Virus record (IMG/VR): IMGVR_UViG_3300030202_003733
Location: 96,001-160,000 of that record
DNA from: a virus
Reading direction: 5' to 3' (one strand)
Length of the DNA: 64,000 nucleotides
Shown here: positions 1 to 8,545 of the stretch, in pieces
Numbering within the stretch: the stretch's first letter is position 1
Layout: each line of letters begins with the position of its first letter
Translations under genes and position numbers: made by a program
The notes under the pieces: generated by a model
What the model saw: only the letters and a program-made list of their open reading frames with translations
The model's database searches: none
What the model was told of the DNA's origin: nothing

Positions 1-237
1 GTTGCCTAGAATGATATATGTTGGGGCTATATCTGCTAAACTCGACAGGAAGTCAGAACACATGTTTACAAACTCAGGGGATATCTGAGTCTTGGTATGG
101 GCGATATCCCCACAGTGAATTATATAATCAACGTTCTCGTTCTTAATTGAATCATACAATTGTTTAAAAACAGATTTATATTCTGCATGGTATCGCAGGT
201 TTCTAATGTGTGTATCAGCTATGTGAGCAAACTTCAT
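1..237 (-). CDS. SbcD/Mre11-family metallophosphoesterase nuclease (T4 gp47-like), 5' part; runs off the left edge; not in the ORF track
   Basis: Manual translation from ATG at 237: MKFAHIADTHIRNLRYH...YIIHCGDIAHTKTQ...YIILGN. This contains the DxH, GD and GN(H) calcineurin-like phosphoesterase motifs. Confidence 0.85.
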   Translation of the reverse strand, partial: MKFAHIADTHIRNLRYHAEYKSVFKQLYDSIKNENVDYIIHCGDIAHTKTQISPEFVNMCSDFLSSLADIAPTYIILGN

Positions 238-251
238 CCAGGCCTCTAATA

Positions 252-280
252 AGTATAGCCTTTTAGTTAGAGTGTGTCAA
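252..280 (-). promoter_or_regulatory. sigma70-type promoter for the SbcD-like gene
   Basis: Minus strand reads TTGACA (280-275), a 17 nt spacer, then TATACT (257-252), ending 15 nt before the ATG at 237. The -35 box is encoded by the last codons (L-D-T) of the upstream ORF. Confidence 0.8.
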
Positions 281-2222
281 GAGAAAGTTCAAGCTCTTCT
301 TCGACCATAGTTAATAACTCTTTTAGGGCTAACGGATTAGCAAACGGTCTATGCTCACCACTTACATCTGCCCCGGTGACAGGGCCTATCAACCCTAGCC
401 TGGCCCGGTAATTACTAACTGTTTTGCCTGGGTACAACTTCCTGAAAGATAGATTTGGCACAACGTGCAACTCAGGCTCGCCACCTTTTTTTGTGGGTCT
501 TCTTAGGAGTTCTGCCGCATAATAATCTCCGGGATTATTAATTTGAAATGCCACTATTTTAGTCCAAAAATCCCAAAGCTTTTGTGAGTCGTAACCTATG
601 TCTGCCAATTCATTTAAAACGTTAATGTATTCCTGTGCAAACGCTCTTAGGTTCTTAGGTTTAGACTTAGACAAAACCTTAGGTATGTCGTCTCCGTAGA
701 ACATTCTAGAGTTTATTGAATCGACACAGCCTAATTTACCGGTCACCATTTGTGTTGCAAATCCTGCTTTCGCCAGCCCTAAACCCTTGATTGTTAGAAA
801 TACCGTCATGACATCCAGTGGGTTAGTATCAGCAGATTTAAGTAAGCCTATCATATTATTATATACTTCTTGTCTATTTCCCCATAGTTCAAAGTATGTC
901 TTCGTTGCGGGCACAGCCGAAACCTTGCTCACACCGTTTGATATTACAATCAATTCTTCCGGCGGGAGCTTCCTGTACTGCTCGTGTTTTAATAAGTCTA
1001 AAGATATTAAATATGCCTTAGGGCTACCAAAACCCATTCCCGAACCGACCAGGTCAGGATTTTTATTCATCGGATAATTTTCTCTCATCTTCCGATTACG
1101 GGGCGATGACCAACCCGATGGATTGGCTGCATTTGGGTCGGCGTCCTTCGTGGTTATCCACTCCATTAAGTGTGGGAAGTATGGCATGACTGTGGGCCAG
1201 TCAGTTCTTTGTGTTGCATACACAAACAAAATTGTCTCTGCTAGGTTCTCTGGGCTTTCCTTGACCCATTCATTAATCTGTGGGTTGTATTTACAAAAGC
1301 CGCTCTTCCCTAAGGCGTCCGGCGTTAAGCTTACCAGTGGCACCTCTCTGCCAACATCTTGAACTTTTGCTGGTACCTTCTCTGGTCCACCTTCTTCTGG
1401 TTCTGGAACTTTATAAGTTCTAAGTGACGGCAAAGGCAAAGTCTCTTCGGGGTCCTCGTCCTCATCTGGGTCCGACAGCGGGAGATTCATTTGAGTAGCC
1501 TCAGATAGGCCAGTAACATCCTCCGGCGGGACGGGCTCAAACCCCAAGTCTAGAAGCGTTTGCTGCCAGAGTGATTTAATATCCTCACCTTGTTCCTCAT
1601 CCATAACCTCACTGACCATTGACATTAGATCGTCTTTTGACAATTCTTGGCTTGGCTCTTCTTCCGGCATGACATCTGACGCGAGCACAGGGGCCCTTAC
1701 CATAAGTTTCCAATCCCCAGCCTCCGAAGCGTGGAAGTATATCTCCTCCCCAGATAAAATTTCTTTTTGTTCTGGATCCGTAACACTGAAGAAATGGCCA
1801 ACTGCTGGGTGAAAGCTAGCTTCTTCGAATTCGGACAAAACAGCGGGGTCCACCTCATTTGTTTTTGTCACCACTCCAGAGACACCAGCAACTAAAGTTC
1901 TCTTACCTGTTTTTACAATTTGCTTAGCTCCCGACTCGGATGTTTGGAATCTAATCGGGGGCTCAAGTCTAATTGCGTTTGTATAAGCTATAGGCGACCC
2001 TGTTCTAGTGCCACGGGGGCTTGAATTATATATGCCCACCATACCATTGCGACCCTCGTTACGGTTGGTTCTATTGGTGTGCAGCCACACTCGTTGTCCA
2101 ATAAGATCATCGCCCTCCACATATGCAGCCTCGGGGGCTGTGGGGACAATTCGAGGAGGCTTAAGAGACTCGTAATATGCCTCCCTTATCATTTGTAGAA
2201 GGTCGCTCTTGTTGATTTTCAT
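267..2222 (-). CDS. Multi-domain protein: N-terminal phage domain, acidic/Pro linker, C-terminal helix-hairpin-helix DNA-glycosylase-like domain; putative virion-internal protein
   Basis: HhH-like FLTIKGLGLAKAGF followed by GKLGCVDS. Three copies of the K-x-x-L-x-x-(M/I)-(I/V)-x-E motif. GAGGT SD site at 2230-2234. Confidence 0.45.
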   Translation of the reverse strand: MKINKSDLLQMIREAYYESLKPPRIVPTAPEAAYVEGDDLIGQRVWLHTNRTNRNEGRNGMVGIYNSSPRGTRTGSPIAYTNAIRLEPPIRFQTSESGAKQIVKTGKRTLVAGVSGVVTKTNEVDPAVLSEFEEASFHPAVGHFFSVTDPEQKEILSGEEIYFHASEAGDWKLMVRAPVLASDVMPEEEPSQELSKDDLMSMVSEVMDEEQGEDIKSLWQQTLLDLGFEPVPPEDVTGLSEATQMNLPLSDPDEDEDPEETLPLPSLRTYKVPEPEEGGPEKVPAKVQDVGREVPLVSLTPDALGKSGFCKYNPQINEWVKESPENLAETILFVYATQRTDWPTVMPYFPHLMEWITTKDADPNAANPSGWSSPRNRKMRENYPMNKNPDLVGSGMGFGSPKAYLISLDLLKHEQYRKLPPEELIVISNGVSKVSAVPATKTYFELWGNRQEVYNNMIGLLKSADTNPLDVMTVFLTIKGLGLAKAGFATQMVTGKLGCVDSINSRMFYGDDIPKVLSKSKPKNLRAFAQEYINVLNELADIGYDSQKLWDFWTKIVAFQINNPGDYYAAELLRRPTKKGGEPELHVVPNLSFRKLYPGKTVSNYRARLGLIGPVTGADVSGEHRPFANPLALKELLTMVEEELELSLDTL

Positions 2223-2231
2223 AAAAATACC

Positions 2232-3158
2232 TCATGCTTCGATGATTTTCTTTAGTAAGTAGTTGTCAGAATTCATAATTTCTGAACTGTTTTTCTTATC
2301 ATTGAAAATGTCTCTTGGCATAACAGCGACATCTTCATAACCATGCGTGTTAACTTTGTGTACCTCAACACCGTAACCGTTAAGTTTATCAACAATTCTC
2401 ATAGCCTTTTTATCAGCGTCGGAATCTAGTGCAACATATACGGCAGGACTCTCTAAAATTATTTTTTGAAACAAGCGCGACTCCTCTCGCAAAGTAGAAC
2501 CTAGCAGAGGTATTGCATTACCTGCTCGTATAGCATCAAACACACCCTCTACAAGAACAATGTCCGAATCCCAATCAACATATAGGTCATTAAAAATTAT
2601 GTTTCTGCTGACCTTGGGGTTTGTATATTTTTTCCAATCATTCGAGTACGACCTGGCTACGAAATAATTCACTTCCCCCGTATAATCAAACGATGGAATT
2701 ATAATCCTACCAGCATATTCTCCACGAACACAATGACCTATCTTCCACTTAAGGATGTCTCTTTTGGTTATGCCACGGCTAGTGAGATAAAATATTGCCT
2801 TCTGTGCCGTGAGTGATGCAGGGTTACCCGTAAGTGTAACAAATTCTTTTGGCAAAGAAACACTCTGTCTCTCCTCAGGCTTACCATCAAAGAATAGATC
2901 AAACTTGGTCAGATCAACCTGGCCTGTGAGATTCTTCCATTCTCTAACCTGGTCGTATGTGCCGGACTTTCGCACAAGGCGAAGTATGTTCCTGCCGCTA
3001 GTATCGCATACCCAGCATTTGTACGCGTTTTTCTCAATGTTGACAGATAACTTTCTCTTGTGGTGATCACAAAAAGGACAATAAAATAGAAGTTCGTTAC
3101 CCGAGTGGTAGCATGAGCCAAGAGCGTCTTTTAGGATTTTTAATTTTTTATTACCCAA
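2232..3158 (-). CDS. DNA primase (zinc finger plus TOPRIM)
   Basis: CPFCDHH...CWVC zinc-binding motif; TOPRIM LVEGVFDA and VALDSDAD; TTG start. Confidence 0.9.
   Translation of the reverse strand: MGNKKLKILKDALGSCYHSGNELLFYCPFCDHHKRKLSVNIEKNAYKCWVCDTSGRNILRLVRKSGTYDQVREWKNLTGQVDLTKFDLFFDGKPEERQSVSLPKEFVTLTGNPASLTAQKAIFYLTSRGITKRDILKWKIGHCVRGEYAGRIIIPSFDYTGEVNYFVARSYSNDWKKYTNPKVSRNIIFNDLYVDWDSDIVLVEGVFDAIRAGNAIPLLGSTLREESRLFQKIILESPAVYVALDSDADKKAMRIVDKLNGYGVEVHKVNTHGYEDVAVMPRDIFNDKKNSSEIMNSDNYLLKKIIEA
2256..2263 (-). promoter_or_regulatory. Putative late-promoter variant ACTACTTA
   Basis: One-mismatch copy of the ACTA(A/T)TTA motif, 34 nt upstream of the 2222 start and inside the primase 3' end. 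Confidence 0.35.
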
Positions 3159-3164
3159 TTTTAT

Positions 3165-3965
3165 TCACTCTCTAAAGTCCCCGTAAATATATACCATTGG
3201 CTCATCAATATCAAGAGACTTTTTTGTTAAGCCTGACATCGCCTTAAACGAGTGCTTGTAAAAACCATCGCGCATTTTGTAATCTACAGAAGGACCACCA
3301 TCAAACAAAATACCGTCTTGGATATTGAAGTCTAGTCCGATTGATACAATATCCTCAATAGTAACCAAACCAAGACGACTGCTTGAAACCACAATGACAA
3401 TATTACCCGATGAATCTTCCCCAACAAGACTTCTGTAATTTTTCTTCTTGGCAGATTCCGCTTTCATGATGTTCCTGTTTGCTTTGCCATTGTTTATACC
3501 AACCAATAGTGTCTGCGAGTTATGCTCCGTCAGTGGTGGGCTGCTGTAGGCTTGAACGTGTGGGGTGCCATTCTTTACATAGAAGTATCCGCCGCCCCTG
3601 ACACGGCTTGAGCGTCTTTTTTTATCAATCACTACAAGCCCTATCGGGTCTTGTTCGCCAAAGAAATTACTGTTTAGAAAGAAATCCTTATCTGTAGGCT
3701 TCTCTGTGGAAACTCCAAATTTCATCTTGTTTTTGGGAATCACAAAAACCTTTAAAGATCCCAAAGGTAGATATCCTCCGATGCATGAAGTCTCATACAC
3801 TGTCATGTGTTCTGTTTTGCTCAGAGTAGTGTAGTCATAAGACTCGCGTTGATCAAAGAACAAGTTGTTGTCAATCGCAGGCCAAACAAGCGGATCAATC
3901 ACAGGTGTTTGTGGTGTCGCGTAAAGCATTGCGGCAATGAATGTTGTAATGGTTTTAATGTTCAT
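3165..3965 (-). CDS. Phosphodiester glycosidase (NAGPA-like) family protein with a possible N-terminal export signal
   Basis: LNSNFF, R(S)LVGEDSSGNIVIVV and GILFDGGPS resemble the NGxxF, RTAIG and LDGGGS motifs of the family; short hydrophobic N-terminus. Confidence 0.7.
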   Translation of the reverse strand: MNIKTITTFIAAMLYATPQTPVIDPLVWPAIDNNLFFDQRESYDYTTLSKTEHMTVYETSCIGGYLPLGSLKVFVIPKNKMKFGVSTEKPTDKDFFLNSNFFGEQDPIGLVVIDKKRRSSRVRGGGYFYVKNGTPHVQAYSSPPLTEHNSQTLLVGINNGKANRNIMKAESAKKKNYRSLVGEDSSGNIVIVVSSSRLGLVTIEDIVSIGLDFNIQDGILFDGGPSVDYKMRDGFYKHSFKAMSGLTKKSLDIDEPMVYIYGDFRE

Positions 3966-3971
3966 GCAAAA

Positions 3972-3999
3972 ATGATAACATAAATTTTAAAAAAGTCGA
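3972..3999 (-). promoter_or_regulatory. sigma70-type extended -10 promoter, probably giving a leaderless mRNA
   Basis: TCGACT (3999-3994), 16 nt, then TG-n-TATCAT (-10 at 3977-3972). The ATG at 3965 is 7 nt downstream and there is no SD site. Confidence 0.55.
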
Positions 4000-5786
4000 T
4001 AGATTTCTTTGTATGTTTTCATATTTTGCGCCACTTCACTTATGTAACCAAGGGATGTAAGGAAACTATCGCCTCGTGGTGTTTTGAACGCTGGGATATA
4101 GTTTTGTGCGACAGGCTCCTGCTCAGTCTCCTCACATTTCTTTTTTATCTCGTCAGTACCGCAGTAGCTTGTGACATTGTCTGGGCTTGTATTATATCCG
4201 ACAAGTGCCATATCAAGAGCGGCTCGGCCAGTTGAAGTAAACTTCTGTCTAGAAACGCCGGGGGAGTCCGTGCTATAACCTATCTTAGCGGCCTTTTTAT
4301 ATAGCAAGGCGAGAATGCCTATCGCGGCTATTACCGCTTTAGAGTAATTCGTGACAGACATAGCTCCTTGAATTTCCATTTTTTTAGCGTAATCAGCAAG
4401 CTCAGCATCTTCATCACCAAAATGTTGACCATATCTCACTTGAGCAGGGCCTATAGATGTGTCCCCTACCGTCAGAAGAAGCCAGCCAAGTGCGCCGTCT
4501 CGATATGCTATTGATTTAGTAATCGGATTATTGGCAGTGATCGATGCCATGTTTTCAACCCATTTGAGGACATTGTATCTTTTGCCTTTGCCAAAGTCAC
4601 TCTCTCTGCCAGTGACGCCTACCGCAGCATTTGTTAAGAGCCGAAGAGTTTGTTTATCAATTCCCAAAGATTTCATTATGGACCCTTGACTAAGTGTAAC
4701 TGCGAGCACGGCGTTTTTTATATTGTCAGGCAAGTTAGTATCATTAATTTTACTAGTCGCCACGTCTGCCTTGGTGGGGCGCTGGGCCATCGACCCCTTC
4801 TCCTCTGAAAGCACCTGGGGTGACTTGTTCCACATAATCTTAATTGACCCTCTGCCACTACTATTTTTTATGTAGCTTAGCGGTTCTGCCTTCACGGTTC
4901 CCTCGGCTTGATGAAAAATAACTGGCTCGCCATTGCTTATAGCCCCTACAAACCCTAAGTGTGTATTCATGCCAAAACCCTTACCAGATAGGATGGTATT
5001 ACCCGGCACCCATTTGCCGCCCTTTTGAACAAAAAATGGCCCGTCTCCAGCCTTTGTCTCTCCCCCTTCTTGATTTGGGCTCATGCCTGTGGCCCCCTGT
5101 TTAAAAGCTGCCTTAAAGTTCGAACTACCTTGATAATAAAGCCCCACTATATCTCCGAGCTTCAAAGCGCGTTGCCACATAGATTGATCTGGTATAAGTT
5201 TTTTTACAAACTTCTCCACATCTGAGTTTCGCTTTGCTCTGATATTTGCAAAAAGCTCAGTGGCCTCAATAGCAAGATCCTTGCTTATATTTTTAAAAGC
5301 AGAATATTTGACCTGGCTTAAGCGGTGTTGGTGCCACGCATTGCCCCTGCTACCTCCGGTTGTTTTCAGCGTATCAGAAACCCACTGAGCGCATCCCCGG
5401 TCTTTACATTGTAGCACATTACTTTTTTTACCCGCCTTAATGTCTTCCTCGGCGGTCTTTAGGTTTTCAGGCAAGCCCTTGTAATACTGTATGCCCTCTT
5501 GCCCGAATATATAATTATAAATTGATTGAAGTACCCCTGGTCCTCCCTCTTCACCGGCAGCCTTCAGAACCTTGCCTAAACTTTCGGCGTCCGTAATCCC
5601 TTTTCTTGCAAGTTTGTTGCCTTCTCTCTTATAAGCGTCATAAGACTTTTTGTCGGGAGATAAAATATAATAGAAAACGCTATCACCCGGCAGCTCAATT
5701 GCACCACGGGGCAACGAGGCCTCCTTCAGGTAGGCCTTCAGTTCTTCTTCAATGATAGATTCTATATCGGATTTAGTTACTATCAT
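3987..5786 (-). CDS. Putative two-domain peptidoglycan hydrolase (CHAP/NlpC-P60-like plus lytic-transglycosylase/lysozyme-like); putative virion protein
   Basis: GCAQWVSDT...GNAWH...GDIVGLY...NTHLGFVG (Cys/His dyad); VTGRESDFG...SIGPAQVRY...LVGYNT (ES, GxxQ and AYN-like lysozyme-fold motifs). Confidence 0.55.
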   Translation of the reverse strand: MIVTKSDIESIIEEELKAYLKEASLPRGAIELPGDSVFYYILSPDKKSYDAYKREGNKLARKGITDAESLGKVLKAAGEEGGPGVLQSIYNYIFGQEGIQYYKGLPENLKTAEEDIKAGKKSNVLQCKDRGCAQWVSDTLKTTGGSRGNAWHQHRLSQVKYSAFKNISKDLAIEATELFANIRAKRNSDVEKFVKKLIPDQSMWQRALKLGDIVGLYYQGSSNFKAAFKQGATGMSPNQEGGETKAGDGPFFVQKGGKWVPGNTILSGKGFGMNTHLGFVGAISNGEPVIFHQAEGTVKAEPLSYIKNSSGRGSIKIMWNKSPQVLSEEKGSMAQRPTKADVATSKINDTNLPDNIKNAVLAVTLSQGSIMKSLGIDKQTLRLLTNAAVGVTGRESDFGKGKRYNVLKWVENMASITANNPITKSIAYRDGALGWLLLTVGDTSIGPAQVRYGQHFGDEDAELADYAKKMEIQGAMSVTNYSKAVIAAIGILALLYKKAAKIGYSTDSPGVSRQKFTSTGRAALDMALVGYNTSPDNVTSYCGTDEIKKKCEETEQEPVAQNYIPAFKTPRGDSFLTSLGYISEVAQNMKTYKEIYRLF

Positions 5787-5798
5787 CTAGGAAGTTCC

Positions 5799-8018
5799 TT
5801 ATGCTACGCCAGTGTCGCCACGGCCAGCGCGGCCAGCCCTCTTTGCAAGTCTGCCTGCGGCTTTCTCGCGACCTGCGCCAGAAGCAAGCTGTGACAATTT
5901 ATCTGCCCTAGCGGCTCTAACTTGTTTTGCAATATTTTTAAGCTGCGGGTCTCCGACGCCATACTTGTCTTCTGCATTGGCAAGAATCCTATCTGCTGCC
6001 CTTCTTACTTCGCCAGGTGTATTAGCTTTAGCAATCATACCACGCCAACCTCTTGCCTGTGGGGCCGGGGTCTTAGCTTTTGGCATCGGCACATCTGAGG
6101 TCATGGCGACCTGACGTGGCGGAGTTGTCATTTTTACAACGTCATCGCGGTCAAGCTTGACACCTTTGCCTGCTCTTTGTGCAATAGATGCAGGTGGTTT
6201 GGGTGAGGGTCTATCCGCGACCGTCTCAATATCACCGTAGGTCTTCACTGGAAGGGTAAGCTTTTGGCCAACACGAATCAAGTCAGGATTTTTCTCCAGT
6301 TCTGGATTTGCCATGATCATATCCCGGACAGTTATGCCGAGTCTTTGTGCGATCTTGGAAACAGAGTCACCCGACTTAACAGTGTATTCCTCATTAAGGT
6401 TGATCTTTCTTCTGTGAGTTTTCATCACATCCACGGTCTCTTCTTTAACCATTGACTCTATAAGTTGTTTGGTGATTTTCATTGTTTTAGTTCCTTCTTG
6501 TATACCTTTGTCATCTGCATAAGCTTGTGCAACCCTACCCCTTGCAGGGGTGCCTGGTGCTGGTGCTTTTTTAAATCTTTGTTTACGAGCCCTATCAGCG
6601 CGTTTACCAGCTTTTCGGTCAGCCGATGGTCTAGTTTCTTGTCTCGTGAGCCTAGCCTTTTTTGTTTTGAATTCTTCAATCTTCTTGTCTGCTATCCTAA
6701 CAATATCTGCTGGCAAGTAATCGGTTTTGAGGCTAACATACCTTTTCATAATAGCTGGTAGATTGCGAGGCTTCTCCGGTATTGCTCTTCTGTCCGGGTC
6801 CCTTCCTTTTTGAGCATACTCTGTTCTTATCCTCTGTAGGTCCGCAATTGCGCGATCATACTCTTGCATAGCTTTAGAGCCCGTGAACGTAGGGACCGGA
6901 ACGTTTTCTTTTTTCTCTTTCTCTACTTTAGCCTGTTTTGGCTCAACTTTTGTTTCAGGTGTTTTTGGATCGGCTTTACGCTTAGGAGTAGGGCCGCCTT
7001 TGAGAGACGCCTTGTATTCCTCCCCATACTGTGCCCATGCTTTTCTTATATATGAATTATTGTATGGTCCGCTTGGGTCAAGATCAATTTGTCTAGCGTA
7101 GTCCGAGTGGGTCTTATTTACCCATGCTCTGAATTTATCACCAGTGGTTCGGTCTACAATAACACCGCCAGTAAGAACTGCCATAGCGACTCTGCCGCCG
7201 CCGCCCTTCTTGTCATCTTTCTCTTCTTTTTCCTCTTCGGGCTCTTCCTCTTCACCACCAAGTATTTTATTTTCATCTAACGCTCCGGTCTTAGGATCCC
7301 ACTGATCTATCTTATGACCATCGAGCAGGGCCAGCGCGATTGTTTGAAGGTTTTTACCAAAAGCCTTAACTAAACCACCCGCAGCGAGGCCAGCGCCGGC
7401 TGCACCGGCTGCTCCTCCCGCAGCAACACCGGCAGGTATTGATAGACCACCAGTAAACCCAGCACCAGCGAGGCCAGCAACCCCTCCGGCAGCAGCACCT
7501 CCAATACCGCCAGCAACAGCAGCAGCGCTGCCGGCAGCAGCGGCTTGGATCGCCGCGTTGGTCAGTTCACCCTTTATGTGTCTCCTCAGGGGCGCACCAG
7601 CATATTCTTTGTATGCGGCCTCAATTAATTTGTTAGTGCCTTCATCATTAGCCAAGTTACCAATAAGTTTTGATTCATTCGTGCCAATACCCGTGCCGCC
7701 TTTCATAGATTGGTAAAGTGCTCGCACTCTAGCATTTATTAGAGCTGTCCCGGATTTACCAGCGTGCTCGTTATAATAGTCCATGGAGGACTTGCCTCCA
7801 GCAATACCTCTTGACGTCATTTTCCAAGCAGCCAGCAGATGTTTCCATTTGATTTTACCCTCTCCGGGGACGAGCCAGTACTCCTCACGCGCTTCCTGTG
7901 GGTCCTCTGCGGCGGGCGCGGCCTCTTCCTCTTGTTCAGATATTTCGTTTAAGTATCTTTTATACTCTTCTTTAACAATCTTGTTGAGGTCTTGAGGGTT
8001 CATTTTTACTTTGCTCAT
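5799..8018 (-). CDS. LysM-domain protein with an annexin-like repeat and a Gly/Ala-rich hydrophobic segment
   Basis: LysM: YTVKSGDSVSKIAQRLGITVRDMIMANPELEKNPDLIRVGQKLTLP (about 6250-6390). Annexin-like: ALYQSMKGGTGIGTNESKLI...AAYKEYAGAPLRRHIKGEL (about 7564-7730). Confidence 0.7.
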   Translation of the reverse strand: MSKVKMNPQDLNKIVKEEYKRYLNEISEQEEEAAPAAEDPQEAREEYWLVPGEGKIKWKHLLAAWKMTSRGIAGGKSSMDYYNEHAGKSGTALINARVRALYQSMKGGTGIGTNESKLIGNLANDEGTNKLIEAAYKEYAGAPLRRHIKGELTNAAIQAAAAGSAAAVAGGIGGAAAGGVAGLAGAGFTGGLSIPAGVAAGGAAGAAGAGLAAGGLVKAFGKNLQTIALALLDGHKIDQWDPKTGALDENKILGGEEEEPEEEKEEKDDKKGGGGRVAMAVLTGGVIVDRTTGDKFRAWVNKTHSDYARQIDLDPSGPYNNSYIRKAWAQYGEEYKASLKGGPTPKRKADPKTPETKVEPKQAKVEKEKKENVPVPTFTGSKAMQEYDRAIADLQRIRTEYAQKGRDPDRRAIPEKPRNLPAIMKRYVSLKTDYLPADIVRIADKKIEEFKTKKARLTRQETRPSADRKAGKRADRARKQRFKKAPAPGTPARGRVAQAYADDKGIQEGTKTMKITKQLIESMVKEETVDVMKTHRRKINLNEEYTVKSGDSVSKIAQRLGITVRDMIMANPELEKNPDLIRVGQKLTLPVKTYGDIETVADRPSPKPPASIAQRAGKGVKLDRDDVVKMTTPPRQVAMTSDVPMPKAKTPAPQARGWRGMIAKANTPGEVRRAADRILANAEDKYGVGDPQLKNIAKQVRAARADKLSQLASGAGREKAAGRLAKRAGRAGRGDTGVA

Positions 8019-8545
8019 TAGCTGTTGTTCCTTATCTCTTGTAAGCCTGCTCTGGCTATTACCAAACTATCTGCTCTGTCGTAATATTCAGGCTTTGGGT
8101 TTCCAAATTTAGTATATTCGATTGCAAAGTTAGGTTCATTCTCAATTAAATAGTTCATTACAAACTGTTTTGCCTTAATTCCCCTGGGAACTTTTATACC
8201 ACACAACTTTCTCGCACTAGTCGCTGCAATGTACTGTGGCTCAATATCAAATTCTTTAAAGACCATCCATGAAACAACACCGTTAAATCTTGATAAAGTG
8301 GATAAAGTTTTAGCAGACGAGAAGCCACTTCTAAAAGACTGTAGCGACTGTTCTATAAAAACACTCGCTATATCAAAGCGGCTATCTTTCGCTAGTTTTA
8401 TTATCTGCTCGTTGACAAAATTAGCCTTATCGAAAAAATTCTTGTATTTTCTAAGATCCCAAGCTTCATTCAACAATATGTCATCATCGTCCGAAACGAT
8501 AGTGACGCCAGTTATGCTTGTAGAAATATCTAACCCTAAAATCAT
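8018..8545 (-). CDS. ruvC: RuvC-like Holliday junction resolvase
   Basis: MILGLDISTSITG, VFIEQ and C-terminal YDRADSLVIA acidic catalytic motifs of the RNase H fold. Confidence 0.85.
   Translation of the reverse strand: MILGLDISTSITGVTIVSDDDDILLNEAWDLRKYKNFFDKANFVNEQIIKLAKDSRFDIASVFIEQSLQSFRSGFSSAKTLSTLSRFNGVVSWMVFKEFDIEPQYIAATSARKLCGIKVPRGIKAKQFVMNYLIENEPNFAIEYTKFGNPKPEYYDRADSLVIARAGLQEIRNNS

Noticed and set aside
72-111. Two overlapping inverted repeats (ACTCAG/CTGAGT at 72-90; GGGGATATC/GATATCCCC at 77-111) that could form alternative hairpins
   Set aside because: They are inside the sbcD coding sequence with no U-tract or regulatory position; plausibly chance.
7370-7560. GCA/GCC/GCT-rich quasi-repeat DNA
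   Set aside because: It simply encodes the Gly/Ala-rich segment; no fixed repeat unit, not a CRISPR or VNTR.
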